A program made the translations under genes and the position numbers. From Kiritimatiellia bacterium (lineage in GTDB: Bacteria > Verrucomicrobiota > Kiritimatiellia > UBA8416 > JADHWI01): a stretch of 53,339 nt of DNA. The notes beneath the pieces are model-generated. The model did no database searches. It had not been told where the DNA came from and was given only the letters and a program-made list of their open reading frames with translations. The stretch lies in NCBI GenBank assembly GCA_016783565.1, contig JADHWI010000012.1:1-53339 (forward strand), given 5' to 3'. This document shows positions 20,306 through 29,726 of this stretch, piece by piece; position 1 is the first letter of the stretch; each line of letters begins with the position of its first letter.

Positions 20306-20332
20306 GCAGCACTCAAAAGAAAAGGATGCGTC

Positions 20333-20800
20333 ATGGACTCCTATGAAGTGCTGAAACAAGCTGTTACAAATGTCGGAGCTAAATCGGTAGCAGCGGATAT
20401 GGCTCTGTCAACGTCATTGATCTATAAATGGTGCGAGCCAAGCGATTCTCCATCAAGCGGCGGTGCAGAGAATCCGCTGGATCGCATTGCGAAGATCTAC
20501 AACCTGACAGAAGATACCGGCCCTATCCAATGGCTTTGCGAACACGCTGACGGATTCTTTGTTAAGAACCCTACAACGACAGAAGACCATCACCTTGCCC
20601 TGTTGCCCGCTACGCAGAAGATTCTGAAAGAATTCTCAGAACTCCTGAATGCCGTCTCTCGCAGTGCCGAAAGAGACGGAGAAATCGACATCAAGGAAGC
20701 TGAGCGAATCCGAAGAGAATGGGAAGATTTGAAACGCGCAGCCGAAAAATTCGTATTTGCCTGCGAAACGGGTTGCTATCGCAGTGATGCACGATCATGA
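20333..20800 (+). CDS. Putative HTH DNA-binding regulator (phage CII/Cro-like N-terminal helix-turn-helix) with an uncharacterised C-terminal half
   Basis: The N-terminal segment KSVAADMALSTSLIYKWC resembles the CII-type HTH (…SQISRWKR…). GC about 48%, lower than the neighbours. Preceded by a 220-bp AT-rich spacer. Confidence 0.4.
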   Translation: MDSYEVLKQAVTNVGAKSVAADMALSTSLIYKWCEPSDSPSSGGAENPLDRIAKIYNLTEDTGPIQWLCEHADGFFVKNPTTTEDHHLALLPATQKILKEFSELLNAVSRSAERDGEIDIKEAERIRREWEDLKRAAEKFVFACETGCYRSDARS

Positions 20801-20951
20801 ACGCACTCATCCACTTGTTTCATGATACAGAAACATCAGCAGAATACGTGCGAAACTTGCAAGCAATATTCGTACATGATATAGCCTACGTTCAACGAGA
20901 GCGTCGTTTCACAGTCAACAGTTGGAACACCCGCGATAAAGGAGAAATCTA

Positions 20952-21599
20952 ATGACCGAATGGTGGGACACCCTTACAGGACTGAATCAGGCGTGCTACT
21001 GCAGCGCCGTATTCTTCAGCGTATTCTTTTTGTGGCAAATGCTTGCCGCTCTACTTGGACTGGCAGGCGATGAAACTGACGTGGATATCGACAGTGACAT
21101 GGACGTAGATGCGCAGGATGGCATGGACGACTTCGAGGCAGGTGCAGCGGATGACTCTACGGCAACACTGGTCGCATTCAAGCTTCTGAGCATTCGGGCG
21201 ATCATCACTTTCTGCACCCTCTTCTCCTGGGGTTGCGCACTCTATCTGAACCGTGGCGACAGCGTGGGACGCGCCATGGGCGTGTCTACCCTTTGGGGAC
21301 TGGCCGGTATGGCCAGTGTCGCCTTGCTGCTTTCATGGCTCCCAAAACTGGCGCACACGGGGACACGAAATATCCAAACGGCGCTGGGCACTCAGGGATC
21401 CGTCTATCTTGACATTCCCGCCAATGGGTCGGGCGAAGTGCGCATTTCTGTGAGCGGTGTCATTTCTTACATTAAAGCACGCAGTGCAACCGGTGAACCA
21501 CTCAAGACCGGCACACCCATTGTTGTCACACGCGTTCTGGACCAAACTTCAGTCGAAGTCAAACCGTCAGTCAATACCAATAAAGGAGTCACACCATGA
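20952..21599 (+). CDS. NfeD-family membrane protein (YuaF-like short NfeD with C-terminal OB-fold), carrying an unusual Asp-rich loop
   Basis: Three TM segments. The C-terminal beta-barrel-like region GSVYLDIPANGSGEVRISVSGVISYIKARSATGEPLKTGTPIVVTRV is typical of NfeD C-domains. Stop overlaps the flotillin start (ATGA). Loop between TM1 and TM2 reads DETDVDIDSDMDVDAQDGMDDFEAGAADD. Confidence 0.6.
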   Translation: MTEWWDTLTGLNQACYCSAVFFSVFFLWQMLAALLGLAGDETDVDIDSDMDVDAQDGMDDFEAGAADDSTATLVAFKLLSIRAIITFCTLFSWGCALYLNRGDSVGRAMGVSTLWGLAGMASVALLLSWLPKLAHTGTRNIQTALGTQGSVYLDIPANGSGEVRISVSGVISYIKARSATGEPLKTGTPIVVTRVLDQTSVEVKPSVNTNKGVTP

Positions 21600-23095
21600 T
21601 ACATCCCACCCTGAGCTTACTGCTTGCACAAGCTTCCGCCGCCCGCCGGGGAGGCGCGCCCATTGGGCTCATTCTTGCTCTCATTCTGGGTGCAGCAATC
21701 ATCGTGCTCTTCATCAGCTTTGCGCAACGTTACAAACGCTGTCCATCCAACAAGATTCTGGTCATCTATGGTAAGACGAACAGAGGCGCTGCAAATTGCG
21801 TACATGGTGGTGCCGCATTCGTCTGGCCTCTCATTCAAGCCTACGACTACCTGGATCTTGAACCGTTCGTGGTGCCGATTGATTTGAAGAATGCGCTCTC
21901 AGTCGAGAACATTCGCGTCACGGTTCCGACAACCGTGACCGCCGCAATATCGACAGAAGTAGGCGTCATGGAGAACGCAGCCATCCGCTTGCTCGGCCTG
22001 GCACCAAAAGAAATTCATGACCAGGCACAGGACATTATCCTGGGCCAGATGCGTTCCGTTATCGCCACCATGCGGATCGAAGAGATCAACCAGGATCGAC
22101 AGGCCTTCCTGAGTAAGGTCAACGACGCCGTATCCGGCGAACTTGAGAAGATCGGTCTTTCCCTGATCAATGTGAACATTCGCGACATTGAAGACGAATC
22201 CGGTTACATCGTCGCCTTGGGCCGCCGCGCCGCCGCCGAAGCCATCAATCAAGCCAATATTGATGTGGCTGAACAGGAAAAAACGGGCCGCACCGGTGTC
22301 GCAGAGCGTGAGCGCGACCAGCGTATCGCCGTTGCCGCAGCCAATGCCGATGCCGAGATTGGCGAGGCATCAGCCGATCGTGACCGACGCAGCCAGTCGG
22401 CAGCCCTGGACGCACAAGCCGTCGACGCGGAGACTGAAGCGAACGCCAAAAAGGCATCCTATGTCGCCAACCAGCGTGTTGCCGAGGAAACAGCCCGTAA
22501 CCGTTCCGAGTCCGCCTCCCGCGAGGCAGACGGTGCCATTCGCGTAGCACAGGAGGTTGCAGAAAAACTGGCTGAAGAAGCTCGCTCTGAACGCGAGCAT
22601 GCCCGCCTGAACGCGGAAATCGTAGTTCCTGCCAATGCAGATCGGGAAAAGGTCGTGATCGCAGCCGATGCACATAAACAGAAATCTATTCGGATTGCAC
22701 AAGGCGAAGCGGAAGCAACCATCGCCCGCATGACCGCCGAAGCCAAAGGTATACAAGCGATCCTGGACGGCAAAGCCGAAGGTTACAAGCAATTGGTCGA
22801 TGCCTGCACAACGGCACAGCAGGCTGCATCACTGTTACTCATCGAAAAACTACAGGATATCGCTCAGGTTCAAGCACAAGCCATCCAGGATCTCCCCATC
22901 GACAAGATCTTTGTCTGGGACACCGGCGGTGAAGGACAGGGCATGTCAGGACTGGGTCAGAAGATGATGGGTGCCCTACCCCCTATGCATGAACTGGCCA
23001 AACAAATGGGGCTGGAACTTCCCGATTACCTGGGCAAGGCCACCGACCCGGCCAAGCCCGCCAAACCAGAGGAAAGCGATTCAGAAACGGCCTAA
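21596..23095 (+). CDS. floT: Flotillin (SPFH/band-7 family, FloT/YuaG-like)
   Basis: N-terminal TM helix, SPFH domain, then a long Ala/Glu-rich coiled-coil (EA repeats) typical of flotillins. Translationally coupled to the upstream NfeD gene. Confidence 0.85.
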   Translation: MIHPTLSLLLAQASAARRGGAPIGLILALILGAAIIVLFISFAQRYKRCPSNKILVIYGKTNRGAANCVHGGAAFVWPLIQAYDYLDLEPFVVPIDLKNALSVENIRVTVPTTVTAAISTEVGVMENAAIRLLGLAPKEIHDQAQDIILGQMRSVIATMRIEEINQDRQAFLSKVNDAVSGELEKIGLSLINVNIRDIEDESGYIVALGRRAAAEAINQANIDVAEQEKTGRTGVAERERDQRIAVAAANADAEIGEASADRDRRSQSAALDAQAVDAETEANAKKASYVANQRVAEETARNRSESASREADGAIRVAQEVAEKLAEEARSEREHARLNAEIVVPANADREKVVIAADAHKQKSIRIAQGEAEATIARMTAEAKGIQAILDGKAEGYKQLVDACTTAQQAASLLLIEKLQDIAQVQAQAIQDLPIDKIFVWDTGGEGQGMSGLGQKMMGALPPMHELAKQMGLELPDYLGKATDPAKPAKPEESDSETA

Positions 23096-23110
23096 TATCG
23101 CGGGAATATA

Positions 23111-24169
23111 ATGAATACGACGATTCCCAAGTCTGAACACGCGGCCTATCTGGCAAACGTATTGAGCATTGCTCACGCCGACGAGGTGTTCTCACACCAC
23201 GAGGCGGTTGCGTTCCAAAGCATTGCGGAACGCATCAACGCCAATCAGGCTGACATAGACAAGGCATGGCAACTGCACCGCAAAGGAAAGCATGACTTGC
23301 GTTTCATGCACTCGCCTCGGGTTCGCATGGCCAACATGCAGGACATGATCACATTGGCCCTGTCAGACGGCGGCGTCAGTACGGAAGAAAGCGCCCCGAT
23401 CGAAAAGCTCGCTGGGACACTCAAGTACTCCCAGGCCGACATGGATATCATGGTTCGTCGCGCAGAATTGGCAGTCAAAAAAATGGCCGATCAAATCGCA
23501 GCAACCGTACCACAGGAACCGGAACCGGCACCGCCTCCTGTTGCAGCAGAATCGCCCGAACCATCCGAGTTGCCCGCGCCCGCAAACACCATGCCGGCAC
23601 AAACCGAGCCACCTGCGCAGGAAACAGACCACCCCGCACCGGAACCCGTATGGAACAAGAATCCGGATGCCGCATCTGTTGCCAGTTGCACGGCATGCCG
23701 TGATGCATGTAACACACCCAAAGAATACTGCTTCGGGTTGGGACAACCAAAGCGCAACATCTGGGGATGTCGATTACTCAACATGAACTGGGAACCGGAA
23801 GAAGACTGGCTCAGTCACGGTCATTTTCGTGAAGATGGTATTTTCAAATGGAACCGTCCTGCCATCATCCGACAAGTACAAGAGCGCCTGCCTGCCGTTC
23901 GCAATTGCCCATACGTGGACACCGCGTACATTGCATGCGTGTCGGATGTCTTACCGCGTCTTTCCAGCGTACTGGGACACTGGCGCTATCGTCCAGCGCA
24001 GCTTGTAACAGCGAGTACACATCATGCGCACCTAAATGATGGAACGACATCAAAAGGAACCCCCGTCAGCGGTCTTGATCCGGTCGGCACCCGCGAAGCC
24101 ATCAAAATCATCCGCCGCGCACTACGTCGCGCAAACCGCACCGACGTCAATGTCCGACTGCTACGCTAA
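23111..24169 (+). CDS. TerB-N-like domain protein with a Pro-rich linker and a Cys-rich C-terminal domain of unknown function
   Basis: Two TerB-like motifs (IAHADEVFSHHEAVAFQSIAE and LALSDGGVSTEESAPIEKLAGTL). PEPAPPPVAAESPEPSELPAP linker. The C-terminal ~170 aa carry about 9 Cys (CTACRDACNTPKEYCFGLG...GCRLL...NCPYVDTAYIAC). Starts 16 nt after the flotillin stop. Confidence 0.45.
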   Translation: MNTTIPKSEHAAYLANVLSIAHADEVFSHHEAVAFQSIAERINANQADIDKAWQLHRKGKHDLRFMHSPRVRMANMQDMITLALSDGGVSTEESAPIEKLAGTLKYSQADMDIMVRRAELAVKKMADQIAATVPQEPEPAPPPVAAESPEPSELPAPANTMPAQTEPPAQETDHPAPEPVWNKNPDAASVASCTACRDACNTPKEYCFGLGQPKRNIWGCRLLNMNWEPEEDWLSHGHFREDGIFKWNRPAIIRQVQERLPAVRNCPYVDTAYIACVSDVLPRLSSVLGHWRYRPAQLVTASTHHAHLNDGTTSKGTPVSGLDPVGTREAIKIIRRALRRANRTDVNVRLLR

Positions 24170-24212
24170 CCCACAGGCATTTGAACGCGTGTGACGACTC
24201 TCGCCAACCCCC

Positions 24213-24234
24213 GGACGGCAGGGGACTGCCGTCC
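24213..24234 (+). terminator. Perfect 9-bp stem-loop (GGACGGCAG-GGGA-CTGCCGTCC) 44 nt after the TerB-like gene stop
   Basis: Seen directly in the sequence. Followed by a weak T-rich run (CCTTTT) about 15 nt downstream. GC-rich genomes often lack canonical U-tracts. Confidence 0.4.
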
Positions 24235-24387
24235 CTACCCTTCAACGTCCTTTTCAAAGGCAGGGTGCTCAGTTTCACCAAGCGGACCGCATGGCCCTTG
24301 ACCACCGTCAATCTCTCATCATACACATCGCTCTCAAATGACGTTACACATTGCACAGTCACCTCAGAGTACCCTACAATACTGAAC

Positions 24388-26073
24388 ATGAGAAAAGGTC
24401 TCATAGTTTTTGCTGTACTGACTGTCCTCACAGGAATTTACCTTCTGGACCGCTTGTTTCAGCAGGATCTTATCCCCAGCCCTCCCGAAGACAAAACAAT
24501 CGCCGATGCCATGACTCAGGCGCAGTCTCAAACCGTGCGCAATCGCGCACAGCCAACACCTGCTGCAAAACAATGGCTCACCTCAACAGGAGCCGCTCCC
24601 GAACCACCCCCTTTGGAGAACCCCACAACGCCGATGCACAAAGAGCTTGCACCCCCTTCAGGCGATCCGATTCCCGGAGAAGTGATCCTGGGGTTCTACA
24701 ACGAGAACGAACTGCAAGCCTTTCTTAAGCTGGCAAGACAAAACGGCGTTGAAGTCCTCGGAACCCTTCGCATCGAAAATACAGTCCGCATCCGTATTCA
24801 CTCCGCCAGGCAACTGGAGGAGATCCTGGCGAAGAGCCCCACGCCGACCCGTCGCAGCCACAATTTCTACGTCTACGAACCTCCGCCTGTTTCCGGCAGC
24901 GACCCGCGCGCTCCCTCAGGGACTTATTATGGTTTCGGCGGCGCCGTGGCTTCATGGTTGGGTGCGGCCCGCGATCATAGCAACTGGGGGAACAACATTA
25001 CGGTCGCCGTTCTGGATTCCGGGGTGCACCTCCATCCCGCGCTCAATGCGGCGCGCGTGACAACCCTTGACATGACGCAAGCAGATACAACAGAAACCCA
25101 AACCTCACACGGCACATCAGTGGCATCACTCATAGCTGGAAACGGGAATGGTGTACAAGGCGTGGCGCCCGCTTCCAACATCTTGAGCATCGATGTAATG
25201 TCTGGCGCGGGCGTCGGTGACGTGTTTACGCTTGCCGCCGGAATTGTGGAAGCCGTGGACAAAGGCAGCAAGGTCATAAACATCAGCTTGGGTTCCTACG
25301 GCGAATCCCCGCTTTTAGCCGCAGCCGTAGACTATGCGGTTGAGCAAGGCGCAGTGCTGGTAGCCGCTGCCGGCAACGAAGGCATCAACACGGTCATGTA
25401 TCCTGCTGCATACGAAAACGTCATCGCAGTCGGTGCAGTGGACAGCGCAGGGCAGCACCTCTATTTCTCGAATCGCGGGGAAGCCATTGACATCACCGCC
25501 CCGGGGTTGGCCATCAACGCAGCCGGCGACCAGAACCAGGTGATCGGTTTCAGCGGCACCTCGGCTGCCGTGCCGCTCGTCAGCGCTGCACTGGCCGGAC
25601 TGCTATCCTCAAACCCGAACCTGACGTCCAGTGAAGCAGCAGCAATTCTGCTTGCCCATACCGATGATTACGGGGCACCCGGTGAAGACGAAGAATATGG
25701 CAACGGAATCATGAACCTGGCGCGGATGCAGAATCGTGACATACCGGGCATCTATGATGCGGCGGTCGGGCGACCATACATCACGAGCGACAACCACACA
25801 CAGGATCTCGTCATTTACGTACAGAATCGAGGCACAGAGCCACTTCCGCATGTCGACGTTGAAATGAGTCTCGGAGGCGTTCCTGCATCGGTAGCTTTCT
25901 ATAACGTGGGAGTGGGAGAAACCGCCAGTCGAATCTACCCCCTGGATGCTAACAGCCTGGAACACTACGGTGAAATCACGGTTTCTCTGGCTACGTCCAT
26001 TCCCAACACCAGCGATGCCCTGCCAGAAAACGACCGCGTATCGGGAGTGGTCTCTATCGGAACTACAGAATAA
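24388..26073 (+). CDS. Secreted subtilisin-like serine protease (peptidase S8) with an I9-type propeptide
   Basis: Signal/TM peptide MRKGLIVFAVLTVLTGIYLL. Catalytic triad blocks VAVLDSGV (Asp), SHGTSVASLIAG (His), GTSAAVPLVSAA (Ser). Start chosen at the internal ATG at 24388. The ORF track begins at 24181. Confidence 0.88.
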   Translation: MRKGLIVFAVLTVLTGIYLLDRLFQQDLIPSPPEDKTIADAMTQAQSQTVRNRAQPTPAAKQWLTSTGAAPEPPPLENPTTPMHKELAPPSGDPIPGEVILGFYNENELQAFLKLARQNGVEVLGTLRIENTVRIRIHSARQLEEILAKSPTPTRRSHNFYVYEPPPVSGSDPRAPSGTYYGFGGAVASWLGAARDHSNWGNNITVAVLDSGVHLHPALNAARVTTLDMTQADTTETQTSHGTSVASLIAGNGNGVQGVAPASNILSIDVMSGAGVGDVFTLAAGIVEAVDKGSKVINISLGSYGESPLLAAAVDYAVEQGAVLVAAAGNEGINTVMYPAAYENVIAVGAVDSAGQHLYFSNRGEAIDITAPGLAINAAGDQNQVIGFSGTSAAVPLVSAALAGLLSSNPNLTSSEAAAILLAHTDDYGAPGEDEEYGNGIMNLARMQNRDIPGIYDAAVGRPYITSDNHTQDLVIYVQNRGTEPLPHVDVEMSLGGVPASVAFYNVGVGETASRIYPLDANSLEHYGEITVSLATSIPNTSDALPENDRVSGVVSIGTTE

Positions 26074-26074
26074 G

Positions 26075-26977
26075 CTATCGTTCCCAAGGAGGGACCGCCG
26101 GGAGAAGCGCTTCAAATTCTGCAATCCGTTCTTGCTCGTACTTCCCCCGGTACTCACCCGAGAGAAACCTGTCAAAAGCTTCCTTGCAGAACCGCTCCCA
26201 CGAAGCCTCTTCGTGCGCAGGATTAATGGGATAGAAGAGAATGCCACTCATTTGAGCTGCAATCCGATCTCCGGGTGCATCACCCAGGATCAGAATCTCG
26301 TCCAGTCCATAACGTCCGGATGAGGCCATCTGAATATGCTCGGCCTTTGTCCCCAACTCCTGACCTGCAATAAACCGCACGTAATGCTCCATACCGTGCT
26401 CGGCCCACTCGCGCACCAGAGCCTCTTCAGGCGTCTGAGAAACCACGATGCAATCCGAATGCGTACGAATCAACTCAAGTCCCTCCTGCACCCACTTAAA
26501 CACCGGCGCATTCACAACGGTCTCAGCCACCCGTTCGCTAACCGCCAGACTCCAATCCAACACCTTTTTCAACGCTGAATTCTGAGTTTCAAAAACCGCC
26601 TTTTCCAGGCTGGGGTTGCCAAGAGCCGATTCATCATCCATCCACTCTTTTAAATCCACCATAGACGGAATCACAACCCCGGACTGAATCACCTCAGGAC
26701 GTTTTCGAAGCAACTCCATCGTATCATAGAGACAGAGAAAGCGATTACGACCACGTCCCTTGGAGTATAAATTTACAAATTCTGCCGTCTCGCGAACGGT
26801 GGACTCAATCGACTCAAGATTCCAGAAACGGATAATTTCTGAATGAAAACACTGCTTCTGCTTGAGTTCCATCGTGTCGAACACACAGCCATCCGAATCC
26901 ACGCACACCATCGTATCGTGCGTTGGTTTAAGCTGCAGCAGGTTTTCTTTTGTAAACGCACGCATGAATGCCATCAC
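26075..26977 (-). CDS. HAD-superfamily hydrolase-like protein
   Basis: HAD motif I VCVDSDGCVFDT, motif II VVSQT and motif IV ILILGDAPGD. Specific substrate not inferable. Confidence 0.55.
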   Translation of the reverse strand: MMAFMRAFTKENLLQLKPTHDTMVCVDSDGCVFDTMELKQKQCFHSEIIRFWNLESIESTVRETAEFVNLYSKGRGRNRFLCLYDTMELLRKRPEVIQSGVVIPSMVDLKEWMDDESALGNPSLEKAVFETQNSALKKVLDWSLAVSERVAETVVNAPVFKWVQEGLELIRTHSDCIVVSQTPEEALVREWAEHGMEHYVRFIAGQELGTKAEHIQMASSGRYGLDEILILGDAPGDRIAAQMSGILFYPINPAHEEASWERFCKEAFDRFLSGEYRGKYEQERIAEFEALLPAVPPWER

Positions 26978-27164
26978 ATTTCTCTTTCTGAGTTTTTCCT
27001 CGTCCAGAACGTTACCTACGCCTATACCCTAATGTCACGCCGAATCATCCCCTCCCTCATCCTTTCCAAAAAAACGCTCCCTCCTTGCACTTTCCGTTGT
27101 TGATCCACACGGCAATTACGTCTATGGTGCGCGCCTGAGCCAATATTATAAGTGGAGAAAACAC

Positions 27165-27578
27165 GTGAGCAAAGAACTGGAAGAAGGCTGCGCCCTTCAA
27201 ATCGATTTCAACAAAGTTGGAAAAATTGCCGCAAATTGCCCGGACGTCATTCCCGTCGCAGTCCAGCATGCAGACACCGATGAAGTCATCCTTGTGGCTT
27301 ACACCAACAAGCTGGCATTCGAAGAATCCATCAAGCAACGCACCCTGGTGCTCTGGAGTACCTCCCGGAACGAATTGTGGGAAAAAGGGAAGACATCGGG
27401 CGAGACGTTTGAACTGGTGGAAGCCCGCGTAAACTGCGAACAGAACTCACTGCTCTATAAAGTTCGCCCAAAAAGAGGAAACATCTGCCACACAAAGAAC
27501 AGCAATGGTGAGCCGCGCAATTGCTATTACCGCAGAGTTAACCTGGACGCACTGGAACTTGAAAACCTTGACCCCTGA
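27165..27578 (+). CDS. hisI: Phosphoribosyl-AMP cyclohydrolase
   Basis: 137 aa. HisI blocks IPVAVQHADTDEVILVAYTNKLAFEES, TLVLWSTSRNELWEKGKTSGETFELVE...NCEQNSLLY. GTG start with a GGAG RBS. Confidence 0.85.
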   Translation: MSKELEEGCALQIDFNKVGKIAANCPDVIPVAVQHADTDEVILVAYTNKLAFEESIKQRTLVLWSTSRNELWEKGKTSGETFELVEARVNCEQNSLLYKVRPKRGNICHTKNSNGEPRNCYYRRVNLDALELENLDP

Positions 27579-27596
27579 TCCATAGCTGTTCGCACC

Positions 27597-29705
27597 ATGA
27601 TCACCGACAATAACCCCCTATTGGCCATTAGCAGCCACCCGCAGTTTGACCGGATCACTCCCGAACATGTGGAACCGGCCATTCGGCACATTCTAGCCGA
27701 GGCTGAAACAAAACTTGCGGCTCTTGAGGACTCCCTGACGCCCTCCTGGCGAGGCCTGATGCGACCACTTTACGAGTTGGGCCGTCCACTCAACTTTGCG
27801 TGGAGTCTGGTATCACATCTTCTCGGAGTCATGAACAACGAGGCATGGAGAGAAGCACACCAGAAGCTCCAGCCGGACGTCGTGGCCTTCGGGCTGCGCC
27901 TCGGACAAAGCAAAGCACTCTATGATGGCATGCTTTCCCTGCAACAAACACACGGGAAAGACCTTTCCCCTCCCCAAAAACGAATTCTTGAATCAAGCAT
28001 TCGCGCAGCACGCCTGGCGGGCGTAGGGCTACCACCGGAGCAACGAGACACCTTTAACGCCAACCGGCGCGAGATGGCGAAAGCGTCGACCCAATTCCAA
28101 AACCACCTGCTTGACGCCACCAAGTCCTTCGCACTTGATCTAAACACCCACAAAGAAGCAGACGGTCTTCCCCCTTCTCTTCTGCAGATGGCCGCGCAAG
28201 CAGCCAAAGCAGCAGGCAACGAAACCGCCACGCCAGAAAACGGCCCCTGGCGCATTACGTTGGAAATCGCACTGTTCAGCCCATTCATGAAGTATAGCAC
28301 TCGACGTGATTTGCGGGAGCAACTTTACCGCGCCTACGTCACACGCGCATCCCGGGACGAGCAGAACAACCAGCCGTTAATCGATAAGATCCTGACCTTG
28401 CGTGAACAACAAGCACGCCTCCTTGGTTTCAGATCCTATGCCGAGCTCAGTCTTGAGTCCAAGATGGCCCCCAGCGTCACGGCGGTAGATGCCTTACACG
28501 AAAGACTACGCACCGCAGCGCACGCAGCGGCGATTCAAGATTTTTCCGATTTAACGGCCCTCGCGTCAGAGCAGCCCGACACGCCACAGCAGCTCCTCAA
28601 TTGGGATATCGCCTACTGGGCCGAACGGCTCAGGGAAAAGCGCTTCCACTTCAACGACGAAGACCTGCGTCCATACTTCCCTTTCCCGCACGTATTGAAA
28701 GGGCTTTTCTCGTTATGCAACGACCTGTTTGGCATTCGCGTTGAAGCCGCAGATGGCGAAGTGCCGGTATGGCATCCGGACGTTCGATTCTTCAACGTGT
28801 TTAACGAAAACAACAGTCATATTGCCAGCTTCTACCTGGATCCGTACAGTCGACCAGAAACCAAACGAGGGGGGGCATGGATGAATCCCGCCGCACCTCG
28901 AGACGGTACCGGCGAAGCGGTCGAACTTCCCGTAGTCTATCTTGCCTGCAACCAAACCCCGCCATCGGCAGACAAACCGAGCCTCATGACCTTTACAGAG
29001 GTCTCCACTTTGTTTCATGAATTCGGGCATGGCCTGCAACACATGCTGACCACGGTTGATGAACCCGATGCATCCGGCCTGCACAACATTGAGTGGGATG
29101 CCGTGGAACTAGCCAGTCAATTCATGGAGAACTGGCTCTATCACAAACCCACTCTGCAAAAACTGAGTCGCCACATCGAAACGCAGGCGTCCATCCCGGA
29201 TGAGCTCTTTGAGCGTATTGCCGGAGCACGCATTTACCGGGCAGGCTCAGACATGCTGCGACAACTCTTCTACGGCATGACGGATATGGCATTGCACCAT
29301 CGCGACAACGCCACTGCTGGTGATTCCGTCACAAAGATAAAGAACCGCATAGCCGAAAAAACACTGGTGCTTCCCTTGATTCCGGAGGACCGTTCTCTCT
29401 GTGGATTTGCACACATCTTTGGCGGCGGGTATGCCGCAGGATACTACAGCTACAAATGGGCCGAAGTACTCTCCGCAGACGCCTTTGCAGCCTTTGAAGA
29501 AGCTGGCCTCAACCATGCAAAAGCCATATCAAAAACTGGACGCAAATATCGGGACACCATACTGGCCCTTGGAGGCGAAGAGCACCCCATGGATATATTC
29601 AGACGTTTCCGTGGGCACGATCCAGACCCCACCGCTCTCCTTCGACATTGCGGGCTATTCCCCCAAGAGCAACTTGCCAACAGTTCAGAAGCACCACATG
29701 CGTGA
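27597..29705 (+). CDS. M3-family zinc metallopeptidase (oligopeptidase A / dipeptidyl carboxypeptidase-like)
   Basis: 702 aa. Thermolysin-type motif HEFGHGLQHML with the downstream Glu region. Overall M3 architecture. Starts 18 nt after hisI. Confidence 0.85.
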   Translation: MITDNNPLLAISSHPQFDRITPEHVEPAIRHILAEAETKLAALEDSLTPSWRGLMRPLYELGRPLNFAWSLVSHLLGVMNNEAWREAHQKLQPDVVAFGLRLGQSKALYDGMLSLQQTHGKDLSPPQKRILESSIRAARLAGVGLPPEQRDTFNANRREMAKASTQFQNHLLDATKSFALDLNTHKEADGLPPSLLQMAAQAAKAAGNETATPENGPWRITLEIALFSPFMKYSTRRDLREQLYRAYVTRASRDEQNNQPLIDKILTLREQQARLLGFRSYAELSLESKMAPSVTAVDALHERLRTAAHAAAIQDFSDLTALASEQPDTPQQLLNWDIAYWAERLREKRFHFNDEDLRPYFPFPHVLKGLFSLCNDLFGIRVEAADGEVPVWHPDVRFFNVFNENNSHIASFYLDPYSRPETKRGGAWMNPAAPRDGTGEAVELPVVYLACNQTPPSADKPSLMTFTEVSTLFHEFGHGLQHMLTTVDEPDASGLHNIEWDAVELASQFMENWLYHKPTLQKLSRHIETQASIPDELFERIAGARIYRAGSDMLRQLFYGMTDMALHHRDNATAGDSVTKIKNRIAEKTLVLPLIPEDRSLCGFAHIFGGGYAAGYYSYKWAEVLSADAFAAFEEAGLNHAKAISKTGRKYRDTILALGGEEHPMDIFRRFRGHDPDPTALLRHCGLFPQEQLANSSEAPHA

Positions 29706-29726
29706 CGAGGCGCATTGAACCACGCG

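Noticed and set aside
20114-20332. AT-rich 220-bp spacer as a possible small RNA gene or a mobile-element end
   Set aside because: I found no convincing terminator or conserved ncRNA signature (tmRNA, RNase P, SRP and tRNA consensus strings are absent). The inverted repeats are short and better explained as operator sites for the adjacent HTH regulator.
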